A DNA stretch of 64,000 nt from Antedon mediterranea (Eukaryota; Animalia; Echinodermata), in NCBI RefSeq assembly GCF_964355755.1, contig NC_092679.1:7966201-8030200 (forward strand). The letters run 5' to 3'. The notes below the pieces were generated by a model that saw only the letters and a program-made list of their open reading frames with translations, did not search any database and was not told the origin of the DNA. The first letter of the stretch is position 1. Each line of letters begins with the position of its first letter. Shown one piece after another: positions 49,763-63,229 of the stretch. The position numbers and the translations under genes are program-made.

Positions 49763-50458
49763 GGTGTGGTCTAGTGCCTTCACGCTAAATATTATCTGTT
49801 GGCAAAAACATTTGTACAAATTAAAATATTCTTATCATTCATTCATTCTTTATTTAGGCTTTTAAATCGAAATACATTTAAAACAAGGTAACAAAAACAA
49901 GACAGGTGGAAAAAAAACAAGACAGGTGGAAATAAAACAAAATCAATGATGGTCAATGGAATAAATTAACGCAAATTAAAAAGAAGCATCATAAAAACAC
50001 AACAGCATTATTCAAATTAGTTATTCAATTGGATTTAAAATATCTGATTTTTTATTAGACTTCTTCTACTACAGCTTTCTATTACCGTTACTAGGCCTAA
50101 CAGACTAGCGTGTGAGGCCGAATTGACCTTGAACAATTTCTACATACGTCGAACCTCGTAGAAGGTCTAGGCCTACTAGGCCTAGCTAGCGGCCTGGTGG
50201 TAGTGTAACGGTTGTTGTATCTGTTACTATATCATAGAGTCTCAGTGGCAGGATTTCACACAGTCACAGAATATACAAACAGTAGATGGTTTTGCCCAGT
50301 GACAACAGTTTTATTCCAATACTAAATATAATGCAGTATGTACTGGCTATATCACATATGTTCCTATATTGTAAAACGTTTTATCCTCTCTATTAGTATT
50401 ATAAACGTTTTCTTCTCTCTTTATAAATTTGTTAACTCTCTCCCTCTTGGCCAGTACA

Positions 50459-53400
50459 TCCATATTTAAGGAACAGTCCTAATTAATATGCATGTACTGG
50501 GAGGGGACTATTTGGAACAAAGGAACGTTCTTTGATGATGAGGAATAGTCATTAAGGGAGGGATGTCACATCACCTTCACCTAAGCTCGGGCAAATTGAA
50601 CCACTGGACATCAACAAGTGTTTATAGTAACTCCCATTAGAGCAATTATACATTCCACAAAATACCAACTTGTAAACAGTTAATAGATTTATATTCTCTC
50701 GTGTGTTACATCATTCCCCACCTATCAAAGAAGTGTCCCACTTCTCAATCTTTAAGAGAATCAAATCAAAAAAATAATATTGATAACATAAAATTAACAT
50801 TGAAAATACAAGGATTCATATGATATAGTTACTATTAACTACCAACTAAAACAATAACTATAATTAATAATTGACTAATATGATAATATAAATTAAGTAA
50901 TATTAATGAAAAAAAAACAAAACAATAAAAAACAAGACTATCATACTGTCACTGATTTAATTAATGTAAAACCATGGTTGACCTGTAAAGTTAATGTAGT
51001 ATCCATAAAATATTCAAATGAATTAATTCATATTGTACATCATCTAGAAAAAAAATTCACATTCAAATTCCAAATATTAATCAGCCTTGAATCACATATA
51101 TAGCAATACAATTTGTTGTAAAAAAAAATAGTGAACCACCACAGAATAGTAAGAGAAATTAAGAATCAGAATAAGATAGTTCGAAATAGAAGTATGTTTA
51201 ATGTATGCTGGTGTAAGACAAATTGGCACAATGTCTATGATGTTCAAAGGCATAAACACGAGGGATTACCATGAGGGATAAAGTGACATATACAAATTCT
51301 ACAAAAAAAAATTATTTAAAAATAAAAAAATTCAACAACAAAAAGTTAATTGTTCCTCTTGTCGCCGGTTATTTAAACCCATAAACTCAATATGGCCATG
51401 ATCAGGTACGACATTATATTAGGAATAAACATCAAATATGTGGAAAATAACATAAAATTACAAACACAGGACATAACACTACCATAATATCAAACATGCG
51501 ATATCTCTAGTCGCAGGTTATTTAATCCCATAGACACAAGTCATGATCAGGAACGACGCTTTGCGAAATAACGTATGTTTATTTAAACTGGGCATGATGT
51601 GTATTATATATCAAACAACACAAATTATTTAAAAAAAAATATAATGAAGGAAATTATCACCATGGAAATCTAGTGTCACCTGGCACAGTGCAAATGTACT
51701 ACTCAATATCAGCATAACAGTAAACCAATTGGTAGGTCATGAGAAATGTAAAGAAAGATGAAGAAATCAGAAACAATTGTGGCAGTCCTACTACGAATCA
51801 CATATGTCTTTTTTTTAATCGCTAAAGTTTAAAAAAATGTGTTGGAATTGTATGTTCTTTCATAAGTATTTATCTTAGACAAACGCAAGTTATTAAAATC
51901 ACTAATGTGGCTTGAAACTAATTTTTCTTTTGCATTACGGATGGAGTAACCGATATTGAACTTATATACCAAGTTTGAAATATTTTTGAATTCGATAAAT
52001 ATTTTTTCTAGAAGTTTTTGTATGTGACTATTTCTCTGTGCTCCACTGGCGCCAAATTGGATCCACTGGAGCACAGTGTATTAACATACGAACATTTCTT
52101 TTGTAAAAAAAAAAATACTCCTTGATTTCAATATATATTTTTAATTTAAGTTGCTCAATTTATAGGGAAAAAATCGAATTCCTAACCGTTTTTTTTGTTG
52201 TCAAAATCATTATTAGAGTTTAACATAATATGTGTCGAAATTGTATGTTTTTTCATACGTATTATCTTAAGCGAACGCAAGTTATTAAAATCACTGATGT
52301 GGCTTGAAACTATTTTTTCTTTTGGTTTACGGATGGAGTAACCGATATTGAACATATATACCAAGTTTGAAATATTTTTAAATTCCAGAAGTATTTTTTC
52401 TCGATGTTTTTGTATGTGACTATTTCCCTGTGCTCCCGTTGGTGCCAAATTGGGTCCACTTGAGCACAGTGTATTAACAGACGAAAAGATATTAAAATTT
52501 AGTGACTTTTTTCTATTTTATATTACTGTGCTCAATGGCGCGCGCGCCAAATTGGGTCCACGTAAGCACAGTGTATTAACATACGAAAAGATATTAAAAT
52601 TCAGTGACTTATTTCTATTTTATATCACAGTGCTCCCCTGGCTCCAAATCGGGTCCACTTGAGCATAGTGTATATTAAATACGAAAAGATATTAAAATTC
52701 AGTGACTTTTTCCATTTTATATCACTGTGCTCCACTGGCTCCAAATTGGGTCCACTTGAGCACAGTGTATTAACATACGAAAAGATATTAAAATTCAGTG
52801 ACTTTTTTCTATTTTATATCACTGTGCTCCCCTGGCTCCAAATTGTGTCCACTTGAGCACAGAGCTGTGTATTAACATACGAAAAGCTATTAAAATTCAG
52901 AGACTTATTTCTATTTTATATCACTGTGCTCCACTGGCTCCAAATTGGGTCCACTTGAGCACAGTGTATTAACATACGAAAAGATATTAAAATTCAGTGA
53001 CTTTTTTCTATTTTATATCACTGTGCTCCCCTGGCTCCAAATTGGGTCCACTTGAGCACAGTGTATTAACATACGAAAAGATATTCAAATTCAGTGACTT
53101 TTTTCTATTTTATATCACTGTGCTCCCCTGCCTCCAAATTGGGTCCACTTGAGCACAGTGTATTAACATACGAAAAGATACTAAAAATCATTGACTTATT
53201 TCTATTTTATATCAATGTGCTCTCCTGGCTCAAAATTGGGTCCACTTGAGCACAGTGTATTAACATACGAAAAGATATTAAAATTCAGTGATTTTTATTT
53301 TATATCATTGTGCTCCCATGGCTCCAAATTGGGTCCACTTGAGGACAGTGTTATTAACATACGAAAAGATATTAAAATTCAGTGACTTATTTCTATTTTA

Positions 53401-55716
53401 TATCACTGTGCTCCTCACTGGCGCCAAATTGTGTCCACTTGAGCACAGTGTATTTACATACAAAAAGATATTAAAATTAGTGACTTATTTCTATTTTATA
53501 TCACAGTGCTCCCCTGGCTCCAAATCGGGTCCACTTGAGCATAGTGTATATTAAATACGAAAAGATATTAAAATTCAGTGACTTTTTCCATCTTATATCA
53601 CTGTGCTCCACTGGCTCCAAATTGGGTCCACTTGAGCACAGTGTATTAACATACGAAAAGATATTAAAATTCAGTGACTTTTTTCTATTTTATATCACTG
53701 TGCTCCCCTGGCTCCAAATTGTGTCCACTTGAGCACAGTGTATTAACATACGAAAAGATATTAAAATTCAGTGACTTATTTCTATTTTATATCACTGTGC
53801 TCCACTGGCTCCAAATTGGGTCCACTTGAGCACAGTGTATTAACATACGAAAAGATATTAAAATTCAGTGACTTATTTCTATTTTATATCACTGTGCTCC
53901 CCTAGCTCCAAATTGGGTTGGGTCCACTTGAGCACAGTGTATTAACATACGAAAAGATATTAAAATTCCGTGACTTATTTCTATTTTATATCACTGTGCT
54001 CCACTAGCTCCAAATTGGGTCCAGTTGAGCACAGTGTATTAACATACGAAAATATAATATAAACATTCAATGACTTATTTCTATTTTATATCACTGTGCT
54101 CTCCTGGCGCCAAATTAGGTCCACTTGAGCACAGTGTGTTAACATACGAAAAGATATTAAAATTCAGTGACTTTTTTCTATTTTATATCACTGTGCTCTC
54201 CTGGCGCCAAATTGGGTCCACTTGAGCACAGTGTATTAACATATGAAAAGATATCAAAATTCAGTGACTTTATTCTATTTTACATCACTGTGCTCCACTG
54301 GCTCCAAATTGGGTCCACTTGAGCACAGTGTATTAACATACGAAAAGATATTAAAATTCAGTGACTTTTTTCTATTTTATATCACTGTGCTCCACTGGTT
54401 CCAAATTTGGTCCACTTGAGCACAGTGTATTAACATACGAAAAGATATTAAAATTCCGTGACTTTTTTCTATTTTATATCACTGTGCTCCCCTGGCTCCA
54501 AATTGGGTCCACTTGAGCACAGTGTATTAACATACGAAAAGATATTCAAATTCAGTGACTTTTTTCTATTTTATATCACTGTGCTCCCCTGCCTCCAAAT
54601 TGGGTCCACTTGAGCACAGTGTATTAACATACGAAAAGATACTAAAAATCATTGACTTATTTCTATTTTATATCAATGTGCTCTCCTGGCTCCAAATTGG
54701 GTCCACTTGAGCACAGTGTATTAACATACGAAAAGATATTAAAATTCAGTGATTTATTTTTATTTTATATCATTGTGCTCCCATGGCTCCAAATTGGGTC
54801 CACTTGAGCACAGTGTTATTAACATACGAAAAGATATTAAAATTCAGTGACTTATTTCTATTTTATATCACTGTGCTCCTCACTGGCGCCAAATTGTGTC
54901 CACTTTAGCACAGTGTATTTACATACGAAAAGATATTAAAATTAGTGACTTATTTCTATTTTATATCACTGTGCTCCACCGGTGCTAAATTTGGTCCACT
55001 GGAGCAGTTACCGTAGTACTATTTCTAATTCGGAAGTAAATAAAGGCATAAATGGCGCTCTGTAGAAGAAGAGAATGCTCGATCGTCGAAATGGCGCTCT
55101 GAATATACCTCCATATTTAAGGAACAGTCCTAATTAATATGCATGTACTGGGAGGGGACTATTTGGAACAAAGGAACATTATTTGATGATGAGGAATAGT
55201 CATTAAGGGAGGGATGTCACATCACCTTCACCTCAGTGAAAGCTAGGGCAAATTGGACCACTGGACATCAACAAGTGTTTATAGTAACTCCCATTAGAGC
55301 AATTATACATTCCACAAAATACCAACTTGTAAACAGTTAATAGATTTATATTCTTTCATGTGTTACATCATTCCCCACCTATCAAAGAAGTGTCCCACTT
55401 CTCAATCTTTAAGAGAATCAAATAAAAAAAAATAATATTGATAACATAAAATTAACATTGAAAATACAAGGATTCATATGATATAGTTACTATTAACTAC
55501 CAACTAAAACAATAACTATAATTAATAATTGACTAATGATAATATATATGATAATACAGTATAAATTAAGTACCGGTAATATTAATGAAAAAAAACAAAA
55601 CAATAAAAAACAAGACCATCATACAGTCACTGATTTTAATGTAAAACCATGGTTGACCTGTAAAGTTAATGTAGTATCCATAAAATATTCAAATGAATTA
55701 ATTCATATTGTACATC
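50459..55716. repeat. ~590-bp direct repeats (50459-51041 and 55110-55716) bracketing a satellite-bearing segment
   Basis: Both copies run TCCATATTTAAGGAACAGTCC...TTCATATTGTACATC with few substitutions or indels. Confidence 0.9.
52440..55006. repeat. 97-bp tandem satellite, ~26 copies, preceded by a ~395-bp-period duplication (51830-52480)
   Basis: Unit GGGTCCACTTGAGCACAGTGTATTAACATACGAAAAGATATTAAAATTCAGTGACTTTTTTCTATTTTATATCACTGTGCTCCCCTGGCTCCAAATT, e.g. at 52947 and 53044. Confidence 0.96.
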
Positions 55717-56569
55717 TCGTGTTACAGTAGTATGGTAACAGGACGATTCGGCCCCGAGACGATTCGGCCCTGGGACGATTCGGCCCGGGACTATTCAGCC
55801 CGGGACGATTCGGCCCTGAGACGATTCGGCCCACTCAAATTTATCGACTTTGATGTTTGATATGCATTTTATAAGCATAAAATAAGCTTTTTTCCCCAAA
55901 CTTTATTCTCAGAGAGACTATAGGGTAGTAATACTAGGGATAAAGATGCAATAAAGCAAACATTTTAAAAACATTGTCGAAAATGATCATTTTTTTTAGT
56001 CACGCGAACGACGTAAACAAGTTACGCCCGAAATGCACGAAATAAATAACGCCGTGGTTAGGATTCCGGCACCGGAACTCAACTGCCCACCGTTAGGGAA
56101 TCCGACACGCTATTGCGCATGCTCAGAGCTCTGGGAAGTGAATAATTATAGCTTGTGCCACACTGCACACCACACTACCACTGCTGAGAGTCGGAGTGTT
56201 AGGATTTACTGTATCTGTAGCCTAGTTAGTCGTTGCGCGAGCGAGAGAGCGATGGATTAAACTTGGCCTAGGCCATACATGAATTAATAATTAAAATACG
56301 AATACGCCAGGCGCCACGCGTTAAAATAATTATTATGATATTAATAAGAATCGGTATATCTATCTACCGTAAGAATCGTAATGCTGTATTTAGCGTTGCG
56401 ACCCCGACTTCCCGAACAGTTTTTTCACATCCACGCGGTGGCTGCCGTCAATAAATTAACTTGTGATTGCATGTTATGTACAGTTATAATGCGTTATATG
56501 AAATCTTTTATTTTGTACTTGAAAAATCATAAAACTAGTCAACTCATGTAATTATATAATTCATAATTA

Positions 56570-59500
56570 GGCCTGTAACGCCAAATGAAGTGACATTGCC
56601 AAATGAGGTTCGCGTGGCCTGTATCGCACAAGGCTAGGTCACTTAATTTGGCAGCACGTTTCTGGCGAGCTAATCGTGTTATAAATATTGATATTACTTA
56701 TTTCCAAATAAACACAAACTGAAAATTATTAACCGGAGTATTTCTAACCTAATAACCTTTACTCATTGTATGAAATTAAACCATTATAACTGAAACATAC
56801 GACGAAAATTTACTATTTTAGTGTAAAAAACGTTCATCGAAAAATCTAGAAAACTCGAAATGCATGATGGGAAGCCTACCGACCCCTTTCTAAGCAGCTG
56901 GAAAAGAAGACTACTCGTTTTAGCGCCAAAGGAAAGTGTCTGAAGTCACGTCTGCATGTTATGCGGACATGGTCTGGGACAATTTGCCTTTGGCGCTAAA
57001 GCGTTTAGTGTTTGAGTTATGGGACGCTATTGCTGCATTATTTTCTAGTAATATTTTGATTTGACGTTCCTTTCGTCGGTACATTATTCCCGTTATTATT
57101 TTGTTCGGTTTTATGAATTTCTATGTTTATGTTTTCAAATTAAAATGATTATTCGTTGAATATGAATGTATCCTGTTATTCTACTGATTATTATATATTT
57201 TTTTTTTTTTTAACATTGCTTACTATTTAATCAATTCCGTTTTTTTAAATGTATATGACCAATGTTATTTAGGCCTATGTTTTTTATTTATAAGTTCTTT
57301 AAAAATATTAGTTACATGATCACATTTTTGTCACTTATTATACCTACAGTATAACACTATATTTCCTTTGATGTCTGAAACATTAAAACATAAATTCGCA
57401 ATACTATGGCGAACCTAAGTCGCAAATTGTTAGTTGGATATTCGTTATAATTTCATCATCTCATTTGTTACACATGTGTGTGTGACCTATAATAAATAAA
57501 TAAGGGATGGTAGGCCTAAAGGTAGTCGAGGGGAAATTCATCAAATTGTTTCATCAAAACAATAACTCATAAGGTCGGAAACATTTAGATAATGGAACCA
57601 AATTTTGCAATAAAGTCTTTATTGCAAAATTTGGTTCCATTATCTAAATATTAAAAGATGAGATATTGCCTTGTTCTCTTTTGTTATCAATCTTTTCATG
57701 TCACGTACCGTAATAGAATGTAACAGTTGAACATGCATATCACAATAAATAAATAATGGCACCTAATTAGTTAAGCATTTTCATCAAGTTTTAACAATAT
57801 TTGATGTCGGAAACATTCCCAATAATAGAGACTAATTTTGCAATATGTTAGATATTTTATTCAGCTGGTACTTTTTACCTTGATGTCGGAAACATTTGAA
57901 CATAAATACGCAATAATGGATCATAATTGTGCAATGAAGTTGTCATCTCATTTGTTCATATGGATGTGAGAAACAGTTTGGATGGGAATGTGGTGAGCGA
58001 AATTCTAAGCAAGCTAAATACATGATACAGTTATTTTAAGGTTGGGAATTACACAACGTGAATTCGCAAATAATTGAACGTAATTTTGCAATAAAGTCGT
58101 CCAATAAAGTAGTTTGTTCATATTACGATGTGGGAAACAAGTTTGGATGGGAATGGGGTGGTGAGCAAAATTCTAAGTAAGTATTACTTCGAAGTCGGAA
58201 ACAACCTTAAATTCGCAATAATGCAATGGAACCTAATTTTGCAATGAAGTCGGTCACCTTGTTTGTTCATACGATGTTGAAAACATGTTCGGAGGGGTGG
58301 ACGAAATTCTAGGAAGCTAAATACAGTTACCGTAGTTATAACACTAATTATTTTGAGGTCGGGAATATTAGAATTTATACTTAAATGGAACCTAATTTTG
58401 CAATGGAGATTGCATGCGTTATTTTCATCTCGATTGTTCGTTCCATCAATTCATACGTCGTACATAATATGGAACATGCATGCACTTTTATACTTTGTGG
58501 GGTGATGAGAGTGGGACGCTACTGCAAGTTAATATTTTTTATTTATTGACATACAGTAATTTAATTAGCTATATCGATGGAATAATAGTAGATTAGGCCT
58601 ATATATACACATTTGCAGCCTTCAATTCAATTCAATTCAATTCAAAGCAACATTTATTTTCTCCTTTCATATACAAAATAGATTTCAGTGATCAATAAAT
58701 ATGTAAACAAAATTCGAAAGAAGAAGGTACACGCCCAGAAAGATGAAAAACACATCTTGTGGAGGACGTACCTATTACAGACACAGACAATGACAATTTA
58801 TAAAAAATAAAAAAAAAATATAAAATAAAAAAATAAATAAAAAAAAATTGACCGAGGAAAAGTTAATATTTGGCAATAAGGTGACTTTTAAGTTTAGATA
58901 AAAATGATTTACTAGAAACAGAGTTTAAGATGGGGAGTGGCAGATCGTTCCAAAAAGTGGGTCCGGAATACCTAATGTTGTGTTGAAAGTGGTTGGTTTT
59001 ATGGGTTGGAATATGTAATTTTGAACAAATACGGGTATTATGATAATGAATTGAAGAATTTGGAGTGAACATGGAACAGAGATGTTTGGGAAGGTTGGAA
59101 TTAATAGAAGAAAAGATGAACGAGCTAGTTCATTAGTAAATTGTTTAGGGTCAAGTGAAGGCGGTCTATAAATGGTTCCAACAAGAATATTTTTAAGGTT
59201 GGGTCTAACAATTTCAATAAAGATGGATTCAGAAGTAGAGGGTTGCAGAGTTAGATCATTTCTAAGGAAAAATTCAAGGCCATCACGGATATATAAGGCA
59301 ACCCCACCACCGTCTTTATGAGTTCTGTGGTTGGAAACAAAATGATAATTGGGAAGCTGGACTAAAGGGTTGTCATGTTTGAGCCATGTTTCGCTAACAC
59401 CAATAATATCAAATTGGTGATTAACTATTTCAAGAAGTTGTTTGATTTGGTCAAGATTTTTTAAAATGCTTCTTGAGTTAAAATGGATAGTGGAAAAGCA

Positions 59501-61808
59501 TTCGTGAGATTTAATATTGGTCGGGAACTGACTGGGATTGTAATATTTAGAGAGGTTTTGGTCATTAAAAAAAAAGTGAGTATCCGGATCCACATTTGTA
59601 GTAAAATTATCAGATCTGTTGGAAAAATGGGAAAAAAAATTGTTAGATAGTCGGTCAAAGTTTGGGTCAGAAGACATAAAAAATGTATAATATAATAAAA
59701 TAAAAATAAAAATCAATATAAATCAATATAAAAAGCAATTGAAGTATGTAGATAATATACACCACATTTGTGATTGAAACAATTCAATCAAGAATCAATA
59801 ATTGCAGAAAAATATGAGTTAAAAGTTAGGTATTCAAAAATAGATGAAAAAGAGAAAATAAATTCATTTATTTTGAAGGTAAAAAAGTTCAATAGTAAAT
59901 GAAATGTGGAAACAGAAATAGTTACAGAGAAAAATCAAACAGTGTAATTAGTTAGGCAATCAGTTACTGATAATTGAAAGCCATTATTACATAATTATTA
60001 TGTTGCATGAAATTTGAGAATGTCATAAAATAATTAAGCAGCAATATGGCAATAGCGGTATAGTTAATTGTAAGGAATGGCAACAGCGTATAGTTAAGAT
60101 GTGTTCAAGCAAAAACGATGATAAGTTAAATAGTTAAGAATTATTGAAAATAATGCTCAATTAAATGATTACGAATCGTCTCAATGTTCAGCAACAATTA
60201 GACTGGATGCAGTAGTTAATTTGATGAGATAATTTGATTAAGAACAGAGGAAAGTACAGTACTTATCTCTTAGTTGATACATTTCACAGAAGGCGGAGGA
60301 GATCAGATTCAGATTTGACGATGACTTTCTGTTTGTTTTTCTTCAATAGACAGTAAATGTTACCGTCTATGGACCAAGCAGATTCAATGTTGTCATGGAG
60401 GTTAGCCTTACGGAGAAGATCTAGGCGCTTCACTATTTATAGAATAAATCAGCATTAAATAAGCCAGTGGGTAAATCTTTATGGAATTCATTCAAAAGGA
60501 AAGCAATATGCTTAACATTGAATGTGAAAGATATAACAATAAAGAAACAAGTATAGAAAAATGGGTAGCTTTAAGAAATACTATTATGTTAATATAAATT
60601 CTAATTTGCTCGATTATCAGAAAAGGAATTCACTGTGATATGAGTTACAGGTGGTGCTGATCTGATTTAATTCGTTTTATCTTTAATTCGTTTTATCTTG
60701 TATATAAATACATTGTATAATCCGGGTTGTAAAATTAAAACAAACAATTGAAAATCTCACAAATTCTTTATGTGTAAAATATTTTAAAACGAAGAACATT
60801 AATGAAAATAGGAGGCAATACGGAATTCATAAATGTAAAAATGTTACTGATGAATTGTAACGACATTGGGAATTAACAAATGTGTTAAATAATATGATTT
60901 TATGTAATGACATGAGATAATATATGAATGTGGATAAAAGTGGTGTTTGCGCCACAAAAGAGAAAAAAAAAGCTATCGATGGAATGGTGGGTACGAAATC
61001 CATGATAATTTAGTTACTTATCTAAAATAAATTCGACGGGAACCTGATTTTACAAGAGGACCTCTTATATGAGTTTGTGAGGACTCCGTTTATAGAGGAC
61101 ATCTTAATATCTATTCTAAAGACTCCTTAATATCAGTTCTAGAATTAACCTTAATTCAATTCAAATTGATCAGTTCTTTTCTAATGAAGAATCTGGGCAA
61201 TTTACAATCAAGCAACAACACCACATAATTCTACGTGAATTCTGCTGTACGTGAGCTAGCCTTAATAATACCGCCTGATTACGGTATATAGGCCTACAGT
61301 ATTATGACGACGCATTCTACAGATATTAAAACAAAATGAAAATATTAAATTGGCTTCGTCGAAATGTTGTACCTTGATAGACAGACCCCCAAGCAGACAG
61401 CCCACATTACTGTACAGACAATCTGCACTGCAGCACAATCTATTGGTTTTAACTGTACACGCGGTGATTCAACTAAAAGCAGTAAAAACACACAAGGCGT
61501 ATCATATAATTTGCGGACCATGACCGAAGCACTTCCGCTTTGATCTATTCGACGAAAATCAAAAAAGGATAACTATTTTCTGCTTTATATTTAATTTAAT
61601 GTAATTACTAATAGCTTACAGGCGTAACAACACAGAATACATATTGTAGTTTAATACTGGCTTAAATATGTTTGTTTTATATAAACTGTATTTTACAAAA
61701 TTACAATAGAACTTCATTTTGCAATAGTACCTAATTTGGCGCCTTAGACGCCAAATTAAGTGCGGTACCTCATTTGGCAGTGGTACCTCATTTGGCGTGA
61801 CAAGGCCC
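56570..61808. mobile_element. TA-flanked TIR element (Tc1/mariner-pogo-like, non-autonomous)
   Basis: TA|GGCCTGTAACGCCAAATGAAG...GCCAAATGAGGT versus ACCTCATTTGGC...CCTCATTTGGCGTGACAAGGCCC|TA. Confidence 0.6.
58621..60432 (-). mobile_element. CR1/L2-group LINE remnant: ORF1 C-terminus, APE endonuclease and 3' end, with RT deleted
   Basis: ORF1 end ...AWSIDGNIYCLL...SESDLLRLL*. Endonuclease IHFNSRSI, DIIGVSETWL, GGGVALYIR, GTIYRPP. ORF2 tail HYHNTR...IRYSGPTFWNDLP. (TTGAA)n tail at 58621-58645. Confidence 0.88.
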
Positions 61809-63229
61809 TATATGAAGTTTATATATGAATGAAGCAACCACTTTTTAATTACAAAATAAATAGGCCCACTGGTCACGTCTAGCTGGTAGGCCTAGCCTAG
61901 TATTTACTATTAGTGGATCCCGTTATTAGTAGGCATCTACGCTAGTTCGCCGTGGCGGAGCTATGAAATGATCCATCGCTGTTGAGTCGATTCACCGATT
62001 ACCGGCGCTCTGGGCATGCGCAATAGCGTGTCGGATTCCCTAACGGTTGGCAGTTGAGTTCCGGTGGCGGAATCCTAACCACGGCGAATAAATAAGGTTT
62101 TGAAGTAATAAATTGAATATAAAATTACATTTTTTTAGTAATTTATTATATATATTATATCAACATTGTCAATATCAATAAAATACGGATTGTTAAACAC
62201 CTTTAAAAACTTGATAAATACCAAAAAAATGAATATGAATTTGGTCTAAAGTGAGACGTTTCGGCCCACAAAGTGGGCCGAATCGTCCCACCAAAAGTGG
62301 GCCGAATAGTCCCGGGCCGAATCGTCTCGGGAGCGAATCGTCCCGGAATCGGTAGGCCTAGTATCTAGCTAAGCTAGGCTAGTAGAACTCTAGTCGATCC
62401 TCTAGTCTAGGCCTAGAGTGGTAGTACACGTAATACCCTGACCTATTTGGCTAGTAAAGACTATAATATATATAATTATATGCAACTTAAACCTATTTCA
62501 TTTCTTACACATACGTTAGGGCGAGGAGGATATTGTACCGTCGCTGCCTGCTGGTTTCCGCAAAATCATCACGCGACTGACTTAATATCGAGACGTTTTA
62601 GTGGGACCGGGAGTCTCTGTGGGTTAGATCAATCTCGGCCGCCGACAATCTCGGCCGCCAGATTAAAAAGCCGAATTGTATGGCACGCCACCGATGCTTG
62701 TATTGTGAGTAATTAAAATGTAATGCAGCGCATACGCACGTATTCTACATGTATACTAATTAATAAATTCATTAATTAACTTTTAATTATTGTTTTAATA
62801 AATGCTTTTTTAACTTTAAAAAAATATTATTTGTGATACCCCTAAAGGTGTCAGATGAAATCGGTTTATCATATTAGTTACGTTTGATATCGGTCGCGTT
62901 TTATTTTGGTCGCGCTAATTTGTATATGGCGAATTAGATAAATTTTTAATGAAAACGCTCATTAGAATTTCTAATAATAGGCCTACTATTTGACATTATT
63001 TTTAACCTCAATCGTTATTTTTTAAGTACAGTAAATATAAATATTATCTCATTATTTATAAATAATTTGTGTTTTCATTTTATCTTACAGGTTTTAATGA
63101 AGTGTAATGTGTTCTTTTAAAAAATCGTTTTAAAAATGTTTTGTTTTTGTTTTATTAGGTTATATGCATGATATGCATATAACCTCTTGATTCTGTCAAA
63201 ATCTTTATTTATTTATTTATTTATTTATT

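Larger units (their letters stand above)
56050..62086. mobile_element. Mutator-like (MULE) non-autonomous element
   Basis: ~80-bp TIR CGCCGTGGTTAGGATTCCG...CGGAATCCTAACCACGGCG with perfect 9-bp TSD AATAAATAA. The empty site is seen in the 43-kb MITE copy (~43290-43310). Confidence 0.85.
55735..62350. mobile_element. Second copy of the GACGATTCGGCCC MITE, split by a 6-kb nested insertion
   Basis: 55735-56049 plus 62087-62350 reconstitute the reverse complement of 43071-43603. No TSD is recognisable on this copy. Confidence 0.85.

Noticed and set aside
50906-55730. Repeated short ORFs (EKILKFSD..., KPWLTCKVNV...)
   Set aside because: They are translations of the satellite and the direct repeats.
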